A DNA stretch of 59,372 nt, counting the filler, from Sphacelaria rigidula (taxonomy: Eukaryota), in assembly GCA_964200075.2 (NCBI GenBank). It is 5 parts of 5 records of this genome, joined end to end, with 100 filler letters (N's around TTAATTAATTAA, not from the genome) between each part and the next. Parts side by side here need not be neighbours in the genome. Positions count along the whole stretch, not along the records: positions 23,791 to 35,585 come from CAXNAA020004487.1; positions 35,686 to 47,479 come from CAXNAA020004488.1; 3 more parts are not named here. The stretch is one strand, 5' to 3'. The number at the start of each line of letters is the position of its first letter. Position 1 is the first letter of the stretch. Below are positions 24,236-36,459 of the stretch, piece after piece. The position numbers were made by a program, and so were the translations under genes. The notes below the pieces were generated by a model. It was not told the DNA's origin, searched no databases, and saw only the letters and a list, made by a program, of their open reading frames with translations.

Positions 24236-25722
24236 CTTTACAAGGAGTTGCGCAAGGATGTATATTATCACCCATTTGATTTTAAATGCTTACCAATGAT
24301 GAGAGAATATGTAGCAATAGAAGCAATAGAAGCAATAGAAGCAATAGAAGCAACACGAGCAAGGAGTCAAGGTGGGGGGAGATGTGGTGTCGAGATTGAT
24401 GTTCGTGCATGATTTCGTGGGGACATCAGGAACACCAGAACGATTTCGGAAGCAAACAGAGAAGGCGCTAGAATACACCAAGAAATGGAGAGTGACCGCG
24501 ACCGTAAACAAATGCGCGGTACTTATATGTAACAAAGAATTACCTGGTAGAGTTCAAATGGAAGTGGGGAGAAGAGAAACTGCCGATCGTAGACCAGTGT
24601 ACATACCCTGGCGTAGAGATCTCAAGAACTGTTCCTGGAATGCACACACGAATAAATGAATAGAAAAGGGTAAGGCACAGATATGCAAGATGGACGTAAT
24701 CCTCAGAGACCCGCGCCTACAGTAGATACTAGGATTTAGGGACGAGTTCTGATGAATGTGATTGTACGGAGGCTGGAATATGCAGGAAAAGTGTGGGAGG
24801 AAACAGTACAGATGACAACAGAAAAGAAATGACTTGGATGCTCAAAACACGGCGAGTAATACATCATTGAAAGCAGAGTCGGGATTTTGCCCATTTTAAG
24901 TAAATATAGATTTGAGAATATCGAAATGGCAGTATTGAATAAGAAGCCCGCAAAGAAATGGATTGTCAGCTATAGTTGGTAGGGCTGTCATGAAGGAAGT
25001 CACGAATGGGCAGGCTGAAGTCAGGTGGGACAGTGTCGTCGAGAAATTATGGAAGGTCATGAGAGGAAACCAAGACGAGAAAATGTCCATAATAGGTGAA
25101 TGTGGTGGGTTCAAGACAAAAGTAAGAGATATGATAGACATAAGGGGAAAAGAAACGCTCAGACGAAAAGTAGACGAGGGAGAACACCTGAAGGTGCACG
25201 GGGGGTTGAGAGAGGGGATAGGGATGAAAACATATCTGTATGGTCCAATGGGCTCCACGAAAATTGAAATCGCGATTTCGGGTGGCAGACCTGGACCTGC
25301 TAGAAAGAAGAAAGCGGTATACCAGTAGTCGAGAGGAGGAGGAAGTATATGCAAAGCATTGCTCCTGGGATAAAGCAATAGAAAGTAGAATTCATGTAGT
25401 GGCAGAATGTGAACTATACAAGGAGGAACGGGACGTGATGGAGGGGGGAATGTGGGAAGTAAACGAAGGCGGCATGAAATTGTTTGATACATTAAACAGC
25501 TATAAGAAAACGATGGCTAGATGGTGGCCACAGACGGCGAATCACGAGGGGTATAAGATATGTAAAAGGTTTTTGTGCGTGTGCGTGCGGAGGGAACGTA
25601 TTGAGTGCCCAATTGTTGGAGGTCTCTCTATTAGGAGTAGGAACGGTGCTCCATATCGATAGGGATGCGTGGTCAATGGTCAAACGACTGAAGCAAGCGA
25701 CAAATGAGAACGCCTCCCCTCC
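24236..25722 (+). mobile_element. 5'-truncated LINE family A (RT C-terminal half, C-terminal Cys/His region, C-rich tail), degenerate
   Basis: QGVAQGCILSP (24241), LMFVHDFVG (degenerate FADD), NVNKC-like TVNKC, LKSRFRVADLDL..ESRIHVVAEC; ends GCVVNGQTTEASDK* then GAACGCCTCCCCTCCC. Confidence 0.88.
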
Positions 25723-26244
25723 CTCAGAACTCGTTTTGTTAGCGTTCAAGTAGAACTCGTGTAGTGAGGAAGTTGACACACCATCTGCGGCTGCTACTCG
25801 TCACCTAGGTATCGGATGTGCACAGCAAGTTTCTCCAACGCATCTGCTAGCGCTTTTCTGCTGTAGATCGCGGTATTTTTACACAAGGCATACGCACACA
25901 TACAGACTGAACTCTGAAAATCCTCACCAACACAACACGCCACCTACCCTGCCTCTCCTTGTTCTTCTCTCATCTTACCCGCTGGCGCATCTCGTGTTTA
26001 TCTCGGGAGTGTTGGTGCCCATCAGCCTCTAGTCGAAAATCCGAGCACCTGCAGACTGAGAATGTAGTGCCCTACTACCTGCCTTGAGTTATCACCCAAT
26101 TGGTGGAACACTATCACTAACTGACAACTGTATATAGCGTTCCTATACCGCTCATATATTTTCGCAAGCAATTATGCCTCATGAAAGTTTTTTTCGAAGT
26201 CCACGAAGAAACTTTACCGGTCCTTCTCGTTGCTCAATATGCAG

Positions 26245-29200
26245 GAACTCGATGTAATGGCAAAAACAAAGTCGAGAGACTTCCACGTGCGAGCGGCCCT
26301 GGAAGCGTTTTCTTGCGCGGATCGAATACAGCAGCAATCTCTTTCCCTGGGTAGGTCGGTAGGCGTCTGGCTGGGTAGAGCAGCGGCTTATGCCGATGCC
26401 GGTGATCATGCTTCTGCTTTGGGCGATCTTGAGCGGGCTTCGGCGCACACTCGGAATAGAAGCAAGGTGTGGTCAGTTTCGTAAAAGCCATTCTGATTTA
26501 TTTCGCAGTGTAGTTAGTCCCCCGCATTCCTCAACGCCAGTCCATAATTTCAAGCAATCGACCAATTTCTTCCTCGCTATCCCGCTTGCGTCAAACACTG
26601 GATTATGACTAGTATTTTTTTGACGTGTATACATACGTTTTGGTACACGTGTTGTGATCATTCGTTGCAAAACGCGGATCGATACGAGTCTTCTTTCGTC
26701 CTGAAAATGAGAACCAACGCCCCGCCGTTAGAGAAGCAACGTGAGCATGCAGTACGCTACAGTTTTCTCGCGTGCCCTTGTTCGAATGAAGCAATGAAGC
26801 ATGTTGCATGCTTGTACATGAAGTATCAAGATCGTGAGTGATATTCTCATCACAGTAATCATGAAGGATTCACGTTGACGTTTCTGTAGGCGTTTCGTTT
26901 TGTCCAATGCAACGGGATCGCCGTTGCCTTTTTGCGTTTGATGAGTTTTTAGCTTTTGTCGGGGACATGCTATTACATGCTATTACATGCTATTACATGC
27001 TTTTACATGACATTAATAGGTGTCCCAGTAGTCGTGGGCGCATTGCCAACGGTTAGCGACATATACATATATATATATATATATAGCGTTACCAGTCTTA
27101 CATTCTGTGTGTCATCTTCGACCGACCACGATAATGTTTGTCGAGTTCAATCGCTCAATGGTTGGCGTTTTCCCAGTGTCTACAGTCTAATACCTCCCCC
27201 CCCGGTTGGCCTAAGCCTTGACTTGCCTGCACACCCACGTGTTATAAAGGTTCGAATGCAAGGAATTGTACATATTTCAACGTACACAACAAACACCAAT
27301 ATCTACTACCCAATAAGATTCGGATGCTACTGGCGAGATCGAGGACGGATTTAGGGCAATTTGAACGGGCCTTGACGGAATGCAGCGTCGCCTTGAGATA
27401 CTTGGAGCAAGAGGAACGTCTGCTTGAGAAGAGAGAGGCTCAACAGGTGAAATGAGATTTCACCCACATTTGCACGCGATGCAATTAGCCCTAACTACTG
27501 TGTTACCGCAACCGGCTGACCGCTTGTTGCACGTCGATATCGGCGCGAACCCTGTCCCCGTGGTGTGAGGCGATGACTGAACGGTGCTTTTTGCAATGTC
27601 TTGAACGTTCGAGCAATCGTGCCGACAGCGAACGTTAGTGGCCTTTATCGTGTTGCTGTCCGACCGGTGAGTCAATCGGCTACTCAGAGCTGGACGTACC
27701 GTTAGTCGTCACTTGACACCCGCACCACATCGCTTAATTTTTCATTTTTCGGTCGAACGACGACATTGAATTTGTAGGTGTCACCGACGCACGGCCTGAC
27801 AGTGTCGTTTCCGCTACAGCAAACTGGGTAGATAATGACATCCATTTATCTCCTTGAAACCCTCGTCGTCCTACACGCAACTCCGTGAGGTAGAAACGAA
27901 TAGAGGAAGAGATGGTGATCCAGGCGGGAAAAGCAGCGGCGGTCCGAAGGGCAGCGGAGCGGTCAGCAGAACGGGAAAGACGATTGGCTGCGGCGACCGG
28001 CACGACTGAAAACAAAGCAAGCAGAGGAGAGTCAATTGTGGCGGAAGCCGAAGCTACTGCCTCGGTGGGCGACAATGTGATCGCTGGTACAGAAGGAATA
28101 TCCCCTTCTCGAGTGGATGTGGTGCAACAGGACCACTATAACGACAATAGCAAGAGCGTTCTGCGAGATTCCGTGCCACCTGAAGAATCAAGCGTATCTG
28201 TAGACAACGAGATAGCTCCGCTCACGCCACTGAAATCAAAAACGGAGAGCACAAACCAGGCAAAACGAGGGACTCGTTCAGAGATCGATAGCTACAACGG
28301 CGCCGGTGACGGACTCCCTAGCTCTTCGAGTAATGATTGGGGAGAACAGAGTTCGTCGCCCCGCCTGTCCATCGAGCGCGCTGCCCTAGAGAGCGCGAAA
28401 CGTGAACTAAAAGATGTAAAAGCTCAGGCCGAAGAAGGCTTGGAACTAGTGAAACACGCCGTCGATATGGCGGATATTCTTCGGGGTTTCGAGATGACAA
28501 AACACGGTATCCCTGTCAGAGACATGACCAAGGATCGGGCCAGCCTGCTGCAGGGCCGGAGTGTTCTGCGGGACAGGTTGGTGGAACTAAAGGGAGATTC
28601 AAGAACATGACATATGTAGGTATATGACTGTCCTCACTAGTGCACTCCACGTTTTGCCTCCTTGTCTCTCTCTCTCTTTCCTGCTACACACACGACTCGA
28701 GGGACTCTGGTTCTACCTCCAAGACGTACTGAACGAGGGTGCGCAATATGACGGGAAATCTACGCAGGGCTCTCTGGCTGTTACTCTCTCTCTCGCTCTC
28801 TCTCTTTTACCCTTGACAAGATGCACCACACGTTTCACGTGTCGGCTTCCAGGCATCGCCGGATTATGGCGGTGGAGCGTGCGCACAAGCGATCGAGGAA
28901 GCATGAAGTGGGTCTCATGGAGAGGGCTATGAGGCAGGTGTCGACCCGAAAAGAAGCTTGCCGACGGGCGAAGGTCAAGTGCGTTTGTGCATTGATTGGG
29001 CTTACTAATAGCCCTTTAAACGAGTAAATTTCGAAAGAGCAACGGAATTTTGCTCTCAGCATTTCTCCCATTTCGTTTCGTTGTCTCTATTCCAAGATTG
29101 GAAACCGAGAAGCTTTCTGTTTTCCCCGCGATGTTTCGTTCCCAAATGTCCCCAGTGCTTCATCAAGCCCTTTTATTGTCTTACGACAAATAAAGAAACA

Positions 29201-31000
29201 AAATGAAGAAGAGCTGCAAAAAATGGAACAACGCGCGATGCTTAAGAAGCATACGTACTATCCATCATCGAAAGCGAACCTGAACCCTTGCATGAATCGC
29301 TTGGTCATTATTTTCACGCGGTCTACTCCCACGTGCTTCTCGAGTTGAGAAAATAGTACGGTGCTCGTTCAACGAAAGTCCCGACTCCAAGGTGTAAACT
29401 CTACAGTACATGAGCACAAACTCTGTAGATCAATGTCAGCATTCCAACCGGGTGTTGTGTTGTGTAGCGGGACTGGGACGGTTTGCTTGTGCCTGTCGAA
29501 GCAAGACTTTGGCTCTGCCACCGTCACAGAGCAAAATCAAGATATCCATTCACCCGTTATTGTGTGACCACGGTTAGGTCCCTCGGGGATATGTTAAAAA
29601 GCAACGATCAATCAATACATACACACAAATCCGCCCAACCTAGATGGAGAATACGTGGAGGTTAACGGACGAATTCTGGTTATATCAGCCTTCAACCGAA
29701 TAAATTTCCTCGAGCTGTGTTCTCTGCTGCAGATACACAAAGTGACCATCTTAGCGGTCGAAGCCGGCGAGAAATATCAGCGAAACAAAACACGCCTGCG
29801 CAAGTCACACGGACGGAAGATGACTACGTTTCCTGACACTCGACTGCATTGCAGCTACCGTATGTAAGCAAGCTGATCCCAACACCATCGTGTTCCATGT
29901 GTCCAGGCATGAAGCTGTAATGCTCAAGTACAGGGAACAAGATGAAGCTTGGGAACGAAAGAAGGAAGAACAGATGGAAGAAAAGACACGGCTACAGGCC
30001 ATAGCTGACTTCGAGAAAGCTGTTAAGGTCGGACCAATAATATACCTCCGTACTGTGCGGCTGGAGAGGGGGCGAGGGAATGGGTCTAAACCATTATTTT
30101 ATGTGTTTATCGGTTGTGAAGTAGTTGCATACGCGTCGAGGGCGTCTTGGTCCCGCCTCGGGTGAAACGTTCGATCGTACAAACGGACACACGCTGTGTG
30201 CACCTTTAGGAACGAAGTTTAGGCTTACTACTTACATTGTGCCACGCCCACCACACTGCGACACATACGCCCTTCCTTCGTCCCGCCATCCTCCAACATG
30301 AACTCCCGATCCATCGCAGGCCCATCATGATGTCCCCGTGATCCACGTATGTTCCACATATCTATGAACTCCCGATCCCACAGCTGGTATGCCTGTACAG
30401 TATCTTATTTGCGAAACACCCGCTGCTTGGATCTGCGAAGCCGCACTTGCGACAACGTTCCCGACCATTGATGGCGAGCGTTGTAATGAAGGTTGAGCAT
30501 TTCACCGGCCATTCAAACCCAAGTACTCAACAAGATTTTAAAGCAGCATTATTCATANNNNNNNNNNCCCCTTGGTTCTCCGACCAGCCCCTCGCGAAAC
30601 CCCCCCCCCCCCCTCGGTGCGGGGGGGTTAATCCCCCCCCCCCCCCCCCCCCCCCCTACCTCTCTCACCAAGCCCACCCATCTGTTTTCCGCACCCGTAG
30701 GTCCAATATTCCCCAGTGTCGGACGCACAAATCATGGCCAAAGAGACGGTGGACGTTTCGTTGTCACGAGATTCAACGGGAAAAGCAGCTGGAAACTCGA
30801 AGGGAAACCCGGAAGACGAGACGATAGAAAATAACGCGGAAAGTAAAACCGAAGAGGATGATGATGACGACGAAGAACTGCAAAAGATGTTGGCGGGGCG
30901 TGCCGGCAGGGGAAAGCGGGGTGGCGCGGCTTCGGGGAGAACCGGCGTCAGCCCCGTGCGCGGGGTCGCGAGTAGGGGACAGGGAAAAACAAGGCGATAG
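26245..31000 (+). CDS. TPR-like plus coiled-coil protein, 3' part of a multi-exon gene
   Basis: Phase-consistent GT-AG exons 26245-26466 (WLGRAAAYADAGDHASALGDLERA), 27318-27446 (LLARSRTDLGQFERALTECSVAL), 27894-28576, 28853-28973, probable ~29196-29254, 29907-30027, and 30701-31000 (stop TAG). Confidence 0.72.
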
Positions 31001-32479
31001 AAGCGGGTAGTTGTAAAGTCGTTGTCGTGGGTGCTCGGGTACAAGAGCTGCAACCGAAGGTGTGGGCTAAAGTGGTACTTACAGTTTTAGACATGTAGCT
31101 GCAGAGGCTGTCGGCTGGAAAGTTACCCAGTAGTCCTGACCGGCGTTTTCATCAGGCGTCCACTGAACGTGGTGGCTTCAGAAAGCGCAGTAAGGGTTGT
31201 GTACAATCGGGAAAAGACGTCAAGACGAGAAATAGCACGCTGTGGTGCCGTTCGGGATGAAGAGAAAGAACGACGGATACCATGGTCGTTCTCCGCGAGA
31301 TGAGCTAAATATACCCTGATCGTTTGTGCAATCGATGACAAGACTTCGACGCTACGAATGAGGCCAATCATGCACTGATGCGGGATGACAGCTCGTTTGC
31401 TTAGTCGGGGCCTACTACACCACGGCGGCGCATTCCAGAGTATTCCGTCCACGGCATCTGGCATCGCGTGTTCTGACGGATTATGGCATTGCTAAATAGG
31501 AGGTTTGAACAACCTCTGAGAGTCAAGAGAAGCATCGACCAGATTATGATCAAGGGGCACTACTGCAGAATATTTAAGTGCGTTATTTTCGCAGGCGCAC
31601 TCAACTGCCCGCAAAGCATTCCCGCGACCCTCGAGCTCCATGGTGATACTGTCAGCGCACAGTACTGCGGGAGTGTTCGAAGCCTCGCAACAACGAACAC
31701 AAGACCGATGCCGCGACAGCCCCACCCCCACCCCCACCACCCCCCCTAGAAAAGCGGCTGGTGTGAGGAGGCAAAACCCACATGCGAATCAAAACTACGA
31801 AAGTCGAGCACACCAAGCACCTGCAAACTTCAATGCTTGGGATCGTTCTTGCCAATGTCGCCCATATGAGGGGCTTCATGCACTCTGAAACCAGCTATCA
31901 TGCGCTGTGTGGCAATTTTCTTCGTGACAGCTTTGGGGCTAGTTTGTTTTTTGGGGGGGGTATCGCGATATTACTCACAACCACTTTCATGGTATCTGCA
32001 CCCTCAACTACATAATTGCTGTTTGAAGGTGAGTTTTGCTCAACGGCCTCAATAGCTTCAAGCTCGCGCACAACCATGGCCCGTGACCCTGAAATGTGAA
32101 CGCCTCGCGTCTCGCAAGATCGGTGTCTTCGAGACTCCTCAGCTGCGCCCAAGAAAAACTGCTAAAGCCGACATCGACTGTATCTTTGATGGCAGCGCTG
32201 GGTCCCAGATCTGTGCATGCTCGGCCACAAGACGGATCAGGCGCAATGCGCGGGCAGACACAAAATCCATTGCTCTTCCATGGATAGACACACTCAAACA
32301 TTGGTCGGTCACAATCTAAATCTAGGGGGATTATCGTAGGAAGACTCTCGACTTGCTTTTCCAGTCCCTCCATTAAAGTCTCCCACTAAAACCACTTCCC
32401 CTTGCCATTTATATTTCTGTACATCTAGGGCTGTCTTTGGCATATAGACAACAACAACAACAAAAACAACAACTACGAA

Positions 32480-33420
32480 AACCATTTTTCGTTCCCCGTT
32501 CTCCTGGTACCGTTATCCATATGCTCTCGTCGATGTTTTTGCCTCCTATGATGTCACACATGCGCTCCTTGACTGAGAATCCTATTCCCCCGCTCTCCTG
32601 TTCTTGGGATTCTGTCCCTTCCGCTTTCCCCCTATACACGCGTATCCTCCAACGTTTGTATCCTATTTCCGCCTCGTTTTTCTCCCATGACTCTTGGATG
32701 ATTCCCACTATAATTAGGTCGCGCTCACCTACTTATTCCGCCATCTCCATTATTTTGAGCTCATCCGTGACGAATACACACACGTTCCACGATCCTATCC
32801 TCAACTCCCTTCTCGCATCATTATCCATTCTCCTCTTGTCTCTCATTCTATCTCCGTCGTTTCTACTTCTTTTCTCTCCTGCTTGATGTTTCTGTCCGTT
32901 TCCTTTTTTGTCTTTGTATGTTTGCTTTGGCGCGCTAATCCCCCTCCCCTTTCCCTTCCAGGCATTTGCTTTTTCCTGCTTCCCCATTTCCCTGTTCGCG
33001 CGAGGGCCACGTCTTAGATTCGTTGTCCAATTGGTTATGCATATTGTTCATCCTACCCTTCTTACCCATGCCGACATCGTATTTCTCTCTATGATCTCCC
33101 ACTCCTTCCTCGCTCTCTGCTCTAGCATGGCTCGGAAGTATTCTTCCACCCTATCTACGTTTCCTATTGCCAAACAGTATAGTCCTACTTCATCGCATGT
33201 CGTCTTGCACTCTACTCTCGTCATATCGCTACGGACTCCAGATATCAGCACTACTGGTACATTGCCCTTCCACTCTTTATTTCTCCACCCGCCCTTCCGT
33301 AGAATATCTCTCTATTTCTCCGTCTCTTTCGAGAGCATCTTCAGCCTGTTTGATTTGAGTTTTGAAGCGGTATGTCGTCGAGGCACTGGGATATCCAAAT
33401 AGAGTGGATTTGATCTGGGG
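32480..33420 (-). mobile_element. LINE 5' remnant: ORF1 fragment and N-terminus of APE-type endonuclease
   Basis: RELRIGSWNV, IVGIIQESW, SGGIGFSVKE and ESIWITV are apurinic-endonuclease motifs; stops present. Confidence 0.78.
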
Positions 33421-34479
33421 GAAAAACAATTGTTGAGGGGGAAGAAGAGAAGCCTTCGAACTCCGGCGATGCTTGCTCTCGTGACATCATCCTGCCGACA
33501 CGAATTTACGAATCCGCAGGCCTACTTTCCCGGTTCTATTGACTGCGATGGGCGACCCATCCCCATCATGAGAGAGGATAGCGCCTGTATTCTATGACCT
33601 CATCATGCATGACCAGGTAGTGCAGCAAGCGTACGACACAACGCGATGTTTCCAACATTGCGATTGCAATATTTTAGCAGTTTTCATCTTGCTTCATAGG
33701 CCGAACTCGGCTAGCTGTACAATAATTGTTAATGATACACAAGGGGGGGGGCAGTCAGTGTCGCGCCGTGCATACTATGGTACGAAGTATGATGTCACAA
33801 GTTTAAATGTGTTTTCATTTCAAGCGCCGTACCGCCATAGTGTCCACGCAAAACGGCCTCAAACTCGACAGATTGTCGAGCTCTACTGGCATAGGTTTGT
33901 CAATAAATATTCTCATAGGCCTGTCGCGAGGCACTTTCTCGCGATTGAGCTACACGGCTGTGTGCGTATAAACGGACGGGCGTAACGAGAGTTGTCGCAG
34001 CAGGAGCCCGCGGCGCTTCTGTTTTTTTCGGGGGAGAGGGGGGAGTTATGGTGGGGCAGAGATATGACGAGTAATATCTTGTGGCACATGATTCACATAC
34101 TTGCCTTATAGATATACTACAAATAGGAGTGCAAACAGCCCGACACGGACATACTATCGCGTGCACCGGAGTCATTATTTATGTACCTTGAAGTTTATGC
34201 GCATCATGCGCGTCATGATGACGCACTCCTTTTGCACATGTTTTTGTGAAACATTTCGTCCCCCGTCTACTGTTTTTCCTCTCTTTCCATGTACGCGCCG
34301 TCGCTGCCTAGTGTACGGTCTGACCCTGCACAGGGTTTGCTGCTGAGGGACACCGTGTCGGACTATATACCCTCACAACGTCCGTTCAATAAGCCCCCTT
34401 ATACCAGGTAAAATAGTTGTTCCATTGTAAGACTCCCATTCGATGCCAGCCCTGTCTATTTCCATATACTGGTATGCCC

Positions 34480-35010
34480 CTACACAGGACCCAACCTTGT
34501 ACGGCGTGTCAACAGCGATTGTCATCGCAGGGTCCAACCCTGCTCATGGTCCGCCACATAGAGGCGTCTGTACAGAGTCTAACCTTGCACATGGCATCTG
34601 TAGTCGCTACCGTGCACATAACTTGACCATACACATCGTCCGGCATAGTGGTACCCTGTACGTGGTCCTTCCTTTCACAGGGTCCGATCATGTACAGCAG
34701 GGTCCGCTCTTGGGGTACCGTATTAGGTGGTGATGACTGCCCGGGCCGCCAAGAAAGCCAATATGGGCAGGGTACTGTCCCATGCACCCTGCGCATGCTC
34801 CATCCTTGCACAGGATCCCTATATCTCCTACCGTGCACAAGGTCGGACCTTGTGCACGGGTCCGCTCTTTGGAGCACCACATTGGGTGGTCATGACTGCC
34901 AGGGCCGTAAAAAAGCCGACATTTGCGGGATACCGTCCCATGTACCCTGTGGTGAGAGCCGAATGTCCACATGTGAGGTCCCGCTGTAGTGCGGTGGATT
35001 GCCAGCGCTG
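34480..35010. repeat. Degenerate minisatellite, ~158-bp period
   Basis: GGGTCCGCTCTT..GGTGGT(G/C)ATGACTGCC.GGGCCG..AAAGCC at 34700 and 34858. Confidence 0.7.
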
Positions 35011-35054
35011 CATGTCCGTATCATAGACAAGAACACTTGTTCACGAAACAAGCG

Positions 35055-35480
35055 CAGGCACCGCAGGTAAGGTACCGTATCGAGCGTACCCCCGGTATTC
35101 ACCGGGGTATCCCATACCGTGGTAGGCGCAGGTATCGTAGGTATGAGTTTTCAAAATACCGGATTTGGCGGGTGCGAAAGGTGTTCAAATCTCGAAATGC
35201 CATGGTACCGTAGGTATCGTGTATGACATTTGAAAATACCGGATTCGGCGGGTACGGTAGGCATTGTAATCTGAAAATACCCTGGTATCGTAGGTATCGT
35301 AGGTATGACATTTGAAAACACCGGATTCGGCGGGTACGGTAGGTGCTGAAATCTCGAAATACTGTGGTATCGTAGGTATCGTAGGTATGACATTTGAAAA
35401 TACCTTATCGGATCGGTATCGGTAGGGTATGAGATGTCCCAAATACCGGTACCGGGTATCTACCTTACCTACGGTGCCTG
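35055..35480. mobile_element. Non-autonomous TIR element (hAT-like CAG termini) filled with ~82-bp tandem repeats
   Basis: TIR CAGGCACCGCAGGTAAGGTA / TACCTTACCTACGGTGCCTG; GTATGACATTTGAAAA at 35221, 35303 and 35385, with a variant at 35141. Confidence 0.8.
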
Positions 35481-35504
35481 TGAAAACAAGATGAGTAGTA
35501 ATGA

Positions 35505-35585
35505 GACACTCTCTATGATAGCCCCCCCCAAAACCAGCTCAAAAGTGTCACGAAAAAAATGGCGATACAGCACCTGATGTTTGGG
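35505..35585. mobile_element. Partial copy of the 5128-5372 MITE
   Basis: GACACTCTCTATGATAGCCCCCC..AAAAGTGTCAC..ATACAG matches the reverse complement of 5290-5371. Confidence 0.8.
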
Positions 35586-35685
35586 NNNNNNNNNNNNNNN
35601 NNNNNNNNNNNNNNNNNNNNNNNNNNNNNTTAATTAATTAANNNNNNNNNNNNNNNNNNNNNNNNNNNNNNNNNNNNNNNNNNNN
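35586..35685. other. Artificial contig linker
   Basis: N44-TTAATTAATTAA-N44. Confidence 0.98.
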
Positions 35686-35727
35686 GGGGGGGGGTGGGGG
35701 GGGGGGTGGGGGGGGGGGGGGGGGGGA

Positions 35728-35782
<55 letters not shown>

Positions 35783-35915
35783 GGGGCGTACTCATTTGTT
35801 GCTTGCCTTAGTCGTTTGACCATTGACCACGCATCCCTTTCGAGACGGAGCACCGTTCCTGCTCCTAATAGAGGCACCTTCAACATTACGGCGCTCATTA
35901 CGTTTCTTCCATATA
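35686..35915 (-). mobile_element. LINE family A 3' end with ~100-nt poly(C) tail (poly-G on + strand)
   Basis: 35787-35915 matches 25590-25715; the G tract 35686-35786 abuts the terminus. Confidence 0.82.
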
Positions 35916-35916
35916 T

Positions 35917-36430
35917 GGGGGGGCAGGGTGTACTCATGATCTTGCATGCCACAGTCATATGACCATTGACCTCACATCCCTAAAAAGCCAGGACGGAGCT
36001 CGCCGGGGTTTCGCCGGACCAGGCTCGCCATCAATTACCAAGCGCGAAGCGCCGTGGTGTGTTCGGCGAGTCGCATGAAGGGTGAGTTGTACCCTGCTAA
36101 AATTGTGAGGTTCGAAGGATACTAATTTCTTGCATTTGAATGATAGCCTCCAATAAGTTGCTTCATTTTCTGGTACCGGCACTTCCAGAGACAGCCATGG
36201 GTTGCACACTGCTTCACAGGCGTCTCGCAATCGAAACACTTCGGAGTATGATGATCCCCTTTGCGCGGAATTGACGTCCTTCCACCCCGCACAACATGAC
36301 CTAGCTCGACCACCATCATGGTTACCGCGAAAAAAGCGCAAGCGCGAAAAGTAAAACGGCAACCTGGTTGCCCAGCTTACGCAGTGAGTCGTGTGTCTTA
36401 CAGCGTCGCTGCCAACAGACGTCAACCCTC
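35917..36430 (-). mobile_element. Family B non-LTR element (~500 bp) with C-rich tail
   Basis: Shares sequence with 24040-24230 and 37906-37966; ends ATGAGTACACCCTGCCCCCCC on the minus strand. 5' boundary approximate. Confidence 0.7.
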
Positions 36431-36459
36431 AAGAGAGGGGGGGTTACTCATATCAGGTG

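Noticed and set aside
19938-31000. Single ankyrin-TPR gene
   Set aside because: The exon groups lie on different contigs separated by an artificial linker.
35686-35780. Exact ~95-nt length of the poly-G tract / polyproline ORF
   Set aside because: It lies at a contig end where sequencing poly-G artefacts are common. The length is unreliable and the Pro-run ORF is not coding evidence; the C-tail claim rests on the internal copies.
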